Assembly: GCF_052425735.1 (NCBI RefSeq)
Contig: NC_135759.1
Location: forward strand, 42,594,001 to 42,658,000
Reading direction: 5' to 3'
DNA length: 64,000 nucleotides
DNA from: Oculina patagonica
Lineage: Eukaryota
Part shown: positions 49,988 to 60,461 of the stretch, one piece after another
Numbering within the stretch: the stretch's first letter is position 1
How the letters are laid out: each line of letters opens with the position of its first letter
Made by a program: the position numbers and the translations under genes
The notes under the pieces: generated by a model
Databases searched by the model: none
The model's input: only the letters and a program-made list of their open reading frames with translations
Told to the model about the DNA's origin: nothing

Positions 49988-52900
49988 ATGGTACGTGAGA
50001 AGGCATAACATGTGTAATTTTTATAACTTTCTTGCTCTTTTTACACGTTTAAAGAAATTGATATAGTCTCAAGAAGTACTAAGCTGTATATAGGCGAAAA
50101 TTGGTGATAAAATAGCAAAGCTTTCGCTAAGAAATTTACTGTGAAAATTGGTTGAGGGTGAATTTCACAACGTGGATTTTCCTTGAGACTCGTGGTACAA
50201 TCTCTGCTTTTTCGTTAATTCTGTTTTAAAATTCTTGTTAGATGTTGATTTTCAGCGCTATCAACGTTTATCTGTAATAGATAACTACCGTGCAAATGAT
50301 CACAATAATTATTTCGTCCCATATACGAATTTAACATTGAAGGCAATTTGAAGTCTTGAATGGTTGAAACATTTCGAGGGGTTTACGTGTACTTTTTTAT
50401 GAGAAAAATGGTATCACGTTGAAGGCTTATTCATGGTCTGAGTGCCGTTCCAGACGTTTCAGGAGGCAGCGAAAACAGTTTATTGATATGCTTTGTTAAA
50501 ATCTGGTGGAAAGATTACAAGTTATCTTACAACTCTGAAAGTGACAAAATGTAAAACCTAGACAATGGTTAAGAATTGTCTTGTTTATCAGCACAAAGAT
50601 GAGATTTCTTGGTTCCCATTTTTTTAACGGGGCTTTGAAAGTCATTGAGGAGGTTGCTCCATAATTTAGGATCCTTTGATCATGATCTTTTGAATATGTT
50701 TGGGCCTCTTCATATGAGCCCACTTGACCGGGTCACCCCTTTACCAAGATCTTGCCTCATTCCTATTTCCTTCGTAAAAATTTTGATGTGTTCATATGAG
50801 AAGGCTAACCAACCTGGTTACCAAGATCTCGGTTTCTACAACCAAGATCTAGGCAACTGGGATGAAAAATTTTCCACATGAACACTCCAGCCAGGTTATC
50901 GTGGTGAACCTCTTTCTGAGAATACTCTTTCGCAACTGGGCATTCAAAAAGGCATAATTTTGCCTTGTGTGTAATTCCACATTAGAAGTTTTGGAAATTT
51001 GCTTTATCAGTAAAGTTGCTAGTGTCGATACAGCTACCATAGTCATGAACAATGCATTTTTTCCTTTCTAATTTCATTCCGGTTTATCAATCACTTTATT
51101 TACCCCGCTAGAATTAGTCAGTCAATAGAGCAACAATGAAAGGGATAAGCAGTCAGGTTAAACCCTCGCCATTTGTTTACTCGCCTTCTTCATGCTGCTC
51201 CACAACTAACTAAACACCAAGAAAAGGCTAATATTTTGGATATTACCTTGTGAGAACTAGGACTGTCTTATGATAAAATGGGCAGGGGTCAGGCTCTGAG
51301 TTGAAGGAATTACCTTAAGTTTCCTACCTTATTATTTCATGAATTGCCTAAATTGATCATCCAAAAGTAAAATGATTTAAGGAAATGGCAATTTAGTGAG
51401 TCACTCTAACCCTGACGTTAATTTCGAAATGTTCAATAATATAACTGATTGTTTGTTGTTTGTTTCTCAAGGCGGCTAGACCTTTAATAACAGTGTACAA
51501 TGAGACAGGAGAAACTGCAGGACAAACCACCCTGCCTGCCGTGTTCAAAGCTCCCATTCGGCCTGATGTGGTTGGCTTTGTCCACACCAACATGGCAAAG
51601 AACAAACGGCAGCCTTATGCTGTAAATAAGATGGCTGGTCATCAGACCTCTGCTGAGTCCTGGGGTACTGGCCGTGCTGTTGCTAGGATTCCTCGTGTGA
51701 GGGGTGGTGGTACTCATCGCTCAGGTCAAGGTGCTTTTGGCAATGTATCCTTCCCAGAGTTACACATATAATAACAACATGTAGTTTAGGCAGAATCTCA
51801 CAAGTTGGGAAAGTGGTTTAACTTGTTTACTTACTTAACTCATTGTGTGTCTGCACATCCATGTAAGGCCATCAAGTAGTTTAAAGTGATTCAGATTGAT
51901 GTTTGTACAGGGATGCTTAACAACTATAAGTATAGGTACTCCATGTGATACATGTACATTATTTGTACTGTAGGTTTCAAATTATCAAGAGGGACTTTTC
52001 AGACATTTTATGGAAAATAGAGCTTGAAAGATCAAATGGAAAGAAACAATTATCCTTTACCAATAACTAAGATGTGCCGAGGTGGTCGTATGTTTGCACC
52101 CACAAAAACCTGGCGCCGCTGGCATCGTAAGATCAACCAGAAACAGCGCCGTTATGCCATGTGTTCAGCCCTGGCTGCCTCTGCTCTCCCCGCCCTAGTG
52201 ATGGCCAGAGGGCATCGTGTTGATGAGATCCCTGAGGTGCCATTGGTTGTTTCAGATGGTATTGAATCCCTGCAGAAGACAAGTGCTGCAGTCAAGCTGC
52301 TGAAGGCTGTTAATGCTTATGGGGATGTAGAAAAGTGCAAGGAATCCAAAAAGATCCGTGCAGGCAAAGTAAGATGACATATCTGTCTAAGAAATAGAGA
52401 AAAATTCCTTTGTCTCTTAGTCAGAGTTGTTTCTAACTTGAGTGAATGTTTAAGAGAAAGAGATCAACTGCACATTTGTTTTATGTTTTACCAAACAAGT
52501 TACAAACCATGGACCAAAACAAGGAAAGAAAGCTTTCTACTTTTTTTGACAAAATTAGTCCAAAAAATTTTATTTTTTTGTAGTGTAGTAGTAACAGGCT
52601 TAAATCAGATCAAATCACAACAATCAGTATTTTATTTATGTCATAAGTTTTTTCGTCTTGTTCTTATCACACCAAGAATGAAAACCCTAATAACAGATTG
52701 TGAATTGAAAATATGTTTTTCCTTCTTCTCTTGCTTCATTCTTTGTATCTGACATTGGATTCAAATTTCAAATTAGGGTAAGCTCCGCAACCGCAGGACT
52801 GTCATGCGCAAAGGACCACTCGTAATCTACAATGAAGATCATGGATTGAAGAAAGCCTTCCGCAACTTACCAGGGGTGGATATCTTGTCAGTGGATCGGT

Positions 52901-55478
52901 TGAATCTCCTGAAGCTTTGCCCAGGTGGTCACATGGGCAGGTGAGGAGGATGGCTCAATATCTTTGTCTAAAGTGCATGTATGAACTGATGCTCTGTTGT
53001 TCCACAAACACAAGACAGTCTGAAAGTCAGCAGTTTTTTGGTGTGAAAGGGATATGGGAAATAAAGTTGTTTAGAAAAGGGTCATAGCTTTTTTTTTCCT
53101 GCAGTTGTTTCACATCACTGAAATTAGTTTGTATTGTTCACTGTCATTGCAAAGACCATTAATATGGATGACACAAGTTATTAGAATAGGGCACAAACAA
53201 CTGAAAAAAGGACAGAAAAAGATAGATTGAAAGTTAAAAAATTCTGCAAAATACCAGGCAAAATTTATTTTTTGCTGACACATGGACACAACAGGACTGG
53301 CTGAAGTTGTGCATGTTGCGAAAATAAAGCCTGAAAAAATCAGGCTTGCCGGGACTCGAACCCTTACCTCCACGATACCAGTGCAGCGCTCTAACCAATT
53401 AAGCTAACAAGCCAACTGAGAGCTGGTCATTAAATTGTTTCGAAATGTACCCGGGGAAGATGAAGATGAAAATTATGAATAATTATATGAAATCATATAT
53501 TTGAACTGCGGATGAAAAATAAATGAAGAGAAGATCCTCGCAGCTATGAACACAACTTAAGCAGTTGCAAAAATAAAGCCTGAAAAAATCAGGCTTGTCG
53601 GGACTCGAACCCTGACCTCTGCGATACCGATGCAGCGCTCTAACCAATTGAGCTAACAAGCCAACTGAGAGCTGGTCATTAAATTGGTTCGTAATGTACC
53701 TGGGGGAGATGAATATGAAAATTATGAATAATATGAAATCATATTTTTTAACTGCGGATGAAGAAAAATACCATAATAAGCATCGTCAGCATTTTGTTTG
53801 CAATTATGATGTTGCGCAACTTTAGGTTTATTTGAGAACACATTTAATATTAATGTGAGCCAGTGCAGTGCTCTAACCAATAGAGCTTTATTTTCGCAAC
53901 TGCTTAAGTTGTGTTCATAACTGCGAGGATTTTCTCTTCATTTATTTAGACAATATTAATGTTATTATTGCGAGGAGATTTGCATAACAAAACCAATCAG
54001 AATCAATCTGAAAAAAAAATTGTAGCTAACCATACTAGTAGCTCATACTTTTTATTGGTTGTCGAAAGGGTTGTTTCTTCAAAGACTAACAGCAGTTTAT
54101 TGCTGACTTGTTCCCTGTTACTTGTAGGTTCTGTATCTGGAGTAAGGGAGCCATTGAGAAACTTGATGCATTGTATGGAACTGGAAAGAAACCATCTTCG
54201 GAAAAGAAAGATTTCAAGTAAGTTGGCATATGTAGGCTCTAATTGTACATATGTGGGTCTGATGTGGTTACATTAGGCTGATGTAATATGTTCCTTGGTA
54301 AGGCACTAAATGTTCACTTGTCTCTTGTTACAAATAACAAATTGACCACTTTTTTCCATGGTCTACACTCTTATAGACGGCTTGACAATTTTACTTTATC
54401 ATTTTCAGGGGGAGGTAGGATTAAGATTTTTTTTTGGGGGGGGGGACAGGAAATAAGTTTTGGATGAAGAAGGGGAGAAGTGGGGGGTCATTATATATTA
54501 CAATGACTAGCCACCAAACACCCCCCTCCAACAATTCTGTTTCATGTCAACCGGGGGCACAGAGTCATTTACATGGGTCCATATGTTCAGTTTCCTTGAC
54601 ACAGAAAGTTATTTACTGTGATTAAATTTTATATTACTGATGTTAGGAATTGATGGCAAAGAGGGCCATGCATTTATCAGTATTTTAAACTACTGCCAAT
54701 TGTCACTCTTGATAATTAAAACCTATTATTTATTAATTATTTATAGTCGTATTAATGAATTTACAGTGAAATCCTTATTTCTTGCACCTCCCAGTAAATC
54801 AAAACAAAAGTAGTTTCCCTTCCCTCAGTCAAACAGTGCAATTGTGTCCTGATTTCTCTAACGCACTTTAGTTTCTGTTGGAGTTTTGAGAAATTGGGAT
54901 TTCACTGTACAATAGAACCTTCCCTTTGGAGCACCATCCTGTAAATGTGATGATTATTGGGTCACCGTAAAATTCCGCTTATAAGCCTTGGGCTTATACA
55001 ACTTAGTAAGGGGTTTTGGATGGGCTTATAAATGTGAGGGCTTATAACCAGGGGGGCTTATAAGCGGAATAAAAAAAAAAAAATTCGAAATGAGCCACAG
55101 CTGCGTTAATCCAAATCAGTTTTTCATAAACTGGTTTGGAATTAAGCTTTAAAAACTCATAATATATCAAATTCATTTCCATATCTGGGGGGACCTTACA
55201 ATCGGATGTATTTTTCTGTTTATTGGTAGATAAGTCTATAACCAGGGGGCTTATAAGCTGACTTTTACGGTATTAGGTTCTACTGTTGTGTGTTGTTGTG
55301 ACCGTGGTTGCAGCATTTCAGTGCTGGCAGTAGCTGATTGTTTCCCAATGATAATACAAGGAAGTAACACTAGTTATGTTTTTTTTTTTTGCAGTCTTCC
55401 ACGACCGATTATGAGCAATGCAGACCTCAATCGCCTGATCAACAGTGAGGAGATACAGTCTGTTATCAGACCTGCTGG
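49988..55478 (+). CDS. RPL4: 60S ribosomal protein L4 (uL4), 3'-incomplete in the window
   Basis: Exons 49988-49990 (ATG), 51472-51744, 52072-52368, 52777-52940, 54128-54217, 55395-55478. Motifs [64 protein letters not shown]. No C-terminal exon found before the Polinton. Confidence 0.97.
51745..52071 (+). other. U12-type (minor spliceosome) GT-AG intron in RPL4
   Basis: 5' site GTATCCTT; branch-like TATCCTTTAC at 52051-52060 about 10 nt before the AG; no polypyrimidine tract. Confidence 0.85.
53318..53765 (-). repeat. Tandem ~250-bp repeat containing a tRNA-like module (53342-53413 and 53591-53662)
   Basis: Minus strand GGCTTGTTAGCTCAATTGGTTAGAGCGCTGCATCGGTATCGCAGAGGTCAGGGTTCGAGTCCCGACAAGCC has A and B boxes and an acceptor stem, with imperfect anticodon and T stems. 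Confidence 0.7.
54965..55270. mobile_element. CCGTAAAA-TIR MITE in RPL4 intron
   Basis: Same family as 38196-38524. Confidence 0.75.
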
Positions 55479-56039
55479 GTAAGCAACAAACAAAGTTCTT
55501 GCTGAGCTTTATTTTGTCACTTTTTTCCTTCATAGTAACTGACCATTTCCATGCAACAGCTAATCATCATCATCATCATCATCATCCTCCTTGCAGCACC
55601 TCCTGGTGGTGTAAAGGCCACGACAGTTAATAGTATATATACTGTACACCCAGTGGTGGATCCCGGGGCTCAGGACTCCCTTACACTTGCTTAACATTAC
55701 AATCCTTGCATCGAGGACAAAAATAAGGAGGGGATTTATACTTTTGGATCTCACAAGTTTATCTTTGATAGTCCTTCTCCTTTTATATGATATTATGTGA
55801 GGTTCTTTGAATATTTTTTGAGAAATGGTGGTTCTATCAAATGTCAGTTTTTCATGAGTACCTGTATATGTTTTAAGTCTGGTACTGCCGGGTGGTATTG
55901 CATTACATTTACAAAATGCAAGATTGGACCCCCCCCCCCCAATAAAAAATTCCTGGGTCCACCCCTGACACTTACTGGACTAGTCTGAGCCGAATATGAA
56001 AAGATATTTGACCCAAGACTTGAATGGTCCAGCCCAATA

Positions 56040-56220
56040 CAGTCAACTCTTGTTATAGCGGACACGTTCGGGGCGTCGTTTAGTACTAGTGTCCGCCATA
56101 GCAAGAGTCCGTAATAATGGGAGACATTTCCAGTCAAACCTTTTTCGCCAGGGATCTAGGTTTTGTCCTAAATAGCAAGTGTCCCCAATAACAGGGTGTC
56201 CACAAGGCGAGAGTTGACTG
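56040..56220. mobile_element. pogo-like MITE
   Basis: TIR CAGTCAACTCT...AGAGTTGACTG; TA on both sides. Confidence 0.8.
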
Positions 56221-56984
56221 TATTGAAGTCGCGACTTAAATATCTTTCCTTATTATTCAACACATGCGCGCGCTGCCCATATATGGTCAAAATGTTAACG
56301 ATATCTGTCATCCGTACATAGCAGATATCCTGCCATATACGTAGGTTGCGAAGATTCGTCCGAAATCTTGTAAAGCGTTGCATAATTACAGTTTTTCTTT
56401 CTGCAAAATGTGTTTCGTTGGCAATTTGTTGAATAATAAAACAATTATCCTGCTCAATCTTGCGGAAAATCGTCTGATTTTAGCCAACTCGGCCTACGGC
56501 CTCGTCGGCTAAGTATCAGGCGATATTCCGCGCGATTTCGCAAGTAGTAAGGGACGCTTACATAACTCACTAGCCAATCAGAGAGCAGTATTTCTAGCGC
56601 TCTAGAGTCCATAGCAAATCAATAGGAGGGAGATAGACCACGTGACAAGGGTTACACCACGTGACCGGTCACATGACTTTGGCAAATTCACGTGACCTCC
56701 GAAAAGATGACGTCATCATTAGGTTAGGGTGGGGCTAAGTCGCAAGAAGCCCAAACGAGCCGGAGTCCCCTATAGCCACAGGACACGGCGCCCCTTGTGG
56801 TATACAAGCAACAAACACGCATGCGCAGTTCTAAAATCACTTATTTATTGACAAATACCGATCTACAACTACATGCGCCGACCCTACTGGCCGCGCGTCC
56901 CTGGGAACGATCGATATTCGATACTCGATATTCGATACTCGATATTCGCGATACACTCGCACTTCATAGTGAGATAGCAAGAGG

Positions 56985-57460
56985 ACAAGATATATTGTTC
57001 ACAAACGGCCAGGCTATCCTTGTGGTATCTGAAACTCAATACTCTGCACTAAACGCATGCGCAGATTAGTCTACGCAATTCACTCACAGAGTTAGCAAGA
57101 CGACTATCCTTTATATATGGTTCACAAACGGCCAGGCTATCCTTGTGGTATCTGAAACTCAATACTTTGCACTAAACGCATGCGCAGATTAGTCTATGTG
57201 ATTCACTCACAGAGTTAGCAAGACGACTATCCTTTATATATGGTTCACAAAGTGCCATACTGTCCTTGTGGTATTTGGAACTCAATACTTTGCACTAAAC
57301 GCATGTGCAGATGAGTCTACGCGATACACTCACGATTGATAATTAGTTACCTCTCTTGTGAAGACCACAAAGGTTGTCTCAGAAAGCGCCATGCCTTCCT
57401 TATGGTATGGTTCTTCCTGGCACTAAACGCATGCGCAGATGAGTCTGCATTGCTTTTTCT
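56985..57460. repeat. ~122-bp tandem repeats in the Polinton terminal region
   Basis: GTTCACAAACGGCCAGGCTATCCTTGTGGTATCTGAAACTCAATACT..GCACTAAACGCATGCGCAGA.. at ~56997, 57120 and 57243, plus a partial copy. Confidence 0.85.
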
Positions 57461-57669
57461 AGGTCGGCGATTCTGAGAAAACGCACGCTTGTGAAGTATT
57501 AAAAAAAAAAAAAGAAACACGTCAGAGAGGGGGGATGAGGGGGTATCCTCCTTTCCCGGGTGTACTGGGAACGAGTAAGAGAGTTTTGTTTGTTTACTCG
57601 AGTCGGTGATCAAATGCACATACGACACCATGTAAACGTTTAACCACGTCTTTATTGTGTTCAACAACA

Positions 57670-58029
57670 TTAAAGTTTCAACTTTTTCTTGGCTTGCATG
57701 ATTCGTTTGACAATGCGTTCCGTCATGGTTTTACTTCCAGGTAATTTGTTGATGGCTTTAATCATTTTCTCGTCGGCTTTCCACTTGTCCCTTAGATTCT
57801 TGGCGTGACTGTAATCGATGTCGTGCTGTTTGGCGATCTTGTCTAATCGATTGATGCCCGGGTCCCCGCGTTTCAATCGCTTGGCCAATTTGGTTCCGGG
57901 ACCCATGTACTGATAACCGGGCCAGTGAAATTCGATTCCAGTCTTGCCGAGCCACTTCTGAATGTCGATCCCACGTCCGCGTTGTCGTCGCCGTGTCGTC
58001 TTTTTAGTCTTCTTCTTGGTCTTCGTCAT
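57670..58029 (-). CDS. Parvovirus-VP1-type phospholipase A2 with basic N-terminus (PLA2X-like)
   Basis: PGYQYMGPG calcium-binding loop; DKIAKQHDIDY catalytic HD motif; N-terminal KKKTKKTTRRRQRGRG. Confidence 0.9.
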   Translation of the reverse strand: MTKTKKKTKKTTRRRQRGRGIDIQKWLGKTGIEFHWPGYQYMGPGTKLAKRLKRGDPGINRLDKIAKQHDIDYSHAKNLRDKWKADEKMIKAINKLPGSKTMTERIVKRIMQAKKKLKL

Positions 58030-58603
58030 ACTCCAATTTTCGTCTCAACTTTTTGCCTTTGGCCCAATCTTCCCAACCAGGTAATGGTTTCAGTTTCTCG
58101 GCTTCCGTTTTCCGCACAGCTGGCTTTTTCCTCGTCTTTAGTTTCTCTTCTAAACTCTTGAATCTCTCTGCCAATGTCGGTTTGCCCGCAGGTGCCGTCT
58201 TTGCTTTCTTTGTCGCCTTCGGGGTGACTGTGGGAGGTGATTTCTTGGCACTTCCTTTTATGAGTTGTTTCAACATGGTCTCCACGGGTCCCGTCACCAA
58301 ACCCACATTCTCCAACTCCTCCTCCTCCTCCTCCTCCGCTTCTTCGCCCGGCCGTCTGGCTGTTACTCCTCCCATGGGAAATTGACGTATCCGTTTGGTC
58401 AAACGAGCCCGTTCGCGAGCGAGAGGTTTCACTCGTGCCACGGCGATACCGTCGGGAACGGATTTATCTTTTAACAGCAAGTGACTTTCGGCTGCTATGC
58501 GAGCCGCTTTGTTCAACAATGCATTGTCCGTGATTTCGCCTTTGTAATATTGCACCAAACGATTCAAGTCTTTAGCGGGAACCATCACGACTTCCTCGGT
58601 CAT
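58004..58603 (-). CDS. Polinton hypothetical protein (199 aa; acidic tract, Lys-rich tail)
   Basis: Open ORF overlapping its neighbours in the compact gene block. Confidence 0.75.
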   Translation of the reverse strand: MTEEVVMVPAKDLNRLVQYYKGEITDNALLNKAARIAAESHLLLKDKSVPDGIAVARVKPLARERARLTKRIRQFPMGGVTARRPGEEAEEEEEEELENVGLVTGPVETMLKQLIKGSAKKSPPTVTPKATKKAKTAPAGKPTLAERFKSLEEKLKTRKKPAVRKTEAEKLKPLPGWEDWAKGKKLRRKLEYDEDQEED

Positions 58604-58907
58604 CTTTGAAGTATTCTTCCAACAAGCTTTCGTAACACCCTTGCCAGTAACGAACTTCCTCTTCTAACTTGGCTATGCGCCTTTTCAAGTCGCTTCTCGA
58701 TGTACACTTGTCGCTACACTCCTGGCACAGTACTAGGGTCTTTCCTTCCGGAGTCTCTTGCCTCTCTCGAATGCAATCTTCGCACTCTGCGTCGTATTTT
58801 AAAGCCAAATAGTCATGATTGACGCGGGCGTAGGCTTCGTGCCAATGGTCTGCTCTTTTTTCCCACTCTGCTTCTCTGTCCGCCGATTCGCGTAACATTT
58901 TCATCAT
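58572..58907 (-). CDS. Polinton hypothetical coiled-coil protein with CxxC...CxxC
   Basis: ATG at 58907 overlaps the upstream stop (ATGA); CEDC and CQEC pairs flanked by coiled-coil-like segments. Confidence 0.7.
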   Translation of the reverse strand: MMKMLRESADREAEWEKRADHWHEAYARVNHDYLALKYDAECEDCIRERQETPEGKTLVLCQECSDKCTSRSDLKRRIAKLEEEVRYWQGCYESLLEEYFKDDRGSRDGSR

Positions 58908-59239
58908 TGTCTGGAGGGTGTTTTGCAGAGACATGCTTGGTAGATCTGTTGCAGTCCTTTCCAAAACCCGCTACCCTTCTGTGACAGGAGACCTTCTCGC
59001 CTTCTCTTCAACGAGTTTCTGCGCTTACCCAGTTCGCGCAAGACTTTCTTATATCGTCGCAGCTTGGCGGTGATCGGTGGACTGAGCGGAATGCGGTTCT
59101 TGAGCAAATTCAATACCATCTCACTCACGGCGTTGATCTGATCGGCGTTGGCGTGCTGTAACATCTCTTCTCGCTTGAACCGATTGGCTTCTCTCAGAAT
59201 GCTCTCCAAGAACGGACGCTGTCGACGTAATCGATTCAT
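58904..59239 (-). CDS. Polinton small basic protein (adintovirus gasderminX-like pattern)
   Basis: AVSEMVLNLLKNRIPL...KLRRYKKVLRELG...LLSQKGSGF pattern; ATG at 59239 in an ATGA overlap. Family name recalled from memory, not searched. Confidence 0.7.
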   Translation of the reverse strand: MNRLRRQRPFLESILREANRFKREEMLQHANADQINAVSEMVLNLLKNRIPLSPPITAKLRRYKKVLRELGKRRNSLKRRREGLLSQKGSGFWKGLQQIYQACLCKTPSRQ

Positions 59240-59439
59240 ACTTCCCACGGGGCTGGACGTCGGTTGTAACTACCGGTGACGCCCTTTGCCCCCATCCTCT
59301 TATAGCGTTTGTCCTTTCCCAATTTATAACCCAACTTGCCGGCAAACTTGAGTATATCCAATAAACCCTCTCCTCTCCACATGGGTCCTCTTTTAGGTTG
59401 TTTTCGTCTTCTCCTTACTATCTTTCTTCTTCGCACCAT
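59236..59439 (-). CDS. Small Arg-rich putative virion core protein
   Basis: MVRRRKIVRRRRK...WRGEGLLDILKF; abuts neighbouring ORFs. Confidence 0.7.
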   Translation of the reverse strand: MVRRRKIVRRRRKQPKRGPMWRGEGLLDILKFAGKLGYKLGKDKRYKRMGAKGVTGSYNRRPAPWEV

Positions 59440-59507
59440 CTTGTCACAGAATGCCGTCTGTTGTAACTACCGGTGACGCCCAATGCCCCCATCCTCTTAT
59501 AGTGTTT

Positions 59508-59714
59508 TTATCTCTTTTTCTTTCGAGTGGCTGCATCCAAGGCTTTCTTTGCACCCCAACCTGCAGCACCCGATGCAGCACCCAAAGCGATTGCTTTTCC
59601 ACCCGCGATCAAAGCTGGTATCAAGGCTGCTAAGGGTAAAATACCACCCTTCTGTCCTATTCTTCTCCTGCCAGCACGTCTCCGCCTTTGCGTCACACGT
59701 TTCTTTCTCCTCAT
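59508..59714 (-). CDS. Adenovirus protein X (pre-mu)-like core protein
   Basis: Arg-rich N-terminus then QKGGILPLAALIPALIAGG, resembling adenovirus pX RRMRGGILPLLIPLIAAAIG. Confidence 0.75.
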   Translation of the reverse strand: MRRKKRVTQRRRRAGRRRIGQKGGILPLAALIPALIAGGKAIALGAASGAAGWGAKKALDAATRKKKR

Positions 59715-59718
59715 GGTC

Positions 59719-59940
59719 CTATCGTCGTCGCGGTCTACGTCTATAATGATTTACATTATCCATTATCCCTTTAAATCCTTGACTGGCCAATTTACCACCC
59801 AACGTGAAGAATGTGGGTGAAGGACCCGAGAGAAACATGCTGGCCCCCTCGGCTATCTTGTCCACCAAACGATGTTTACGTCTCGCGAGAGCTCCACCTC
59901 GCTGCCTCCTTCTTCTGGCCTTACGTTTCGTTCTTCCCAT
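59719..59940 (-). CDS. Small Arg-rich putative virion core protein
   Basis: MGRTKRKARRRRQRGGAL...YRRRPRRR. Confidence 0.7.
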   Translation of the reverse strand: MGRTKRKARRRRQRGGALARRKHRLVDKIAEGASMFLSGPSPTFFTLGGKLASQGFKGIMDNVNHYRRRPRRR

Positions 59941-59958
59941 CCTACCATAACTGTCACT

Positions 59959-60459
59959 TCAGACGGGGGTATCTTCGCTTTTATCACAACAAAATAGTCG
60001 TTCATACTCTTGAATGTACTTGTCGGCCAAAGGTGGTGCAAAATCGATGATCGTGTCATCTAGAGTTTGCATCTTGATCAAGAATCCTTCTAGTTCGTCC
60101 ATCGGAAGACCGCGCGCGTACGTTCTCAATTCGATCAACGTCTTGTCGTAGGTGGTGTAGGCAAAACGACATACGTCCACTTTGAACGAATATTTCTTGA
60201 AATCGTTCCAGCCCTTGACGACAGTCCCAGCTGAAGTTAGACATGCCACAATAACAGTATTTTCTGTAAGGGAACCCGCAATGATACCCGCTGCCACGAT
60301 GAATAAAGCCAAAGCGTTCAATGAAGCATGACACCACTTAAAATGGTAAAACATTTGACGATGACACCACCACTTTTTGTGGTAAAAGGTATACAATCCG
60401 TCCAATCTGTGTAACAGGTCTGGATCCAAGTTCGTCTTCGACCCGTTTAGTAGGGACAT
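59959..60459 (-). CDS. Two-TM protein, SLATT-like
   Basis: Basic/aromatic helix, two adjacent hydrophobic helices, then KKYSFKVDVCRFAYTTYDKTLIEL helix; this architecture resembles SLATT domains. Confidence 0.65.
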   Translation of the reverse strand: MSLLNGSKTNLDPDLLHRLDGLYTFYHKKWWCHRQMFYHFKWCHASLNALALFIVAAGIIAGSLTENTVIVACLTSAGTVVKGWNDFKKYSFKVDVCRFAYTTYDKTLIELRTYARGLPMDELEGFLIKMQTLDDTIIDFAPPLADKYIQEYERLFCCDKSEDTPV

Positions 60460-60461
60460 CT

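Noticed and set aside
53591-53662. Functional tRNA gene
   Set aside because: Anticodon and T stems are imperfect and the module sits in a tandem repeat; reported as a tRNA-derived repeat instead.
49991-55394. Possible intronic C/D snoRNAs (vertebrate RPL4 hosts U16/U18)
   Set aside because: No convincing RUGAUGA...CUGA unit with an rRNA-complementary guide was seen by eye; snoscan or Infernal would decide.
55560-55630. Candidate final RPL4 exon after TTGCAG at ~55596
   Set aside because: The in-frame translation (TSWWCKGHDS*) has no similarity to the conserved RPL4 C-terminal KKNP...LNPY region.
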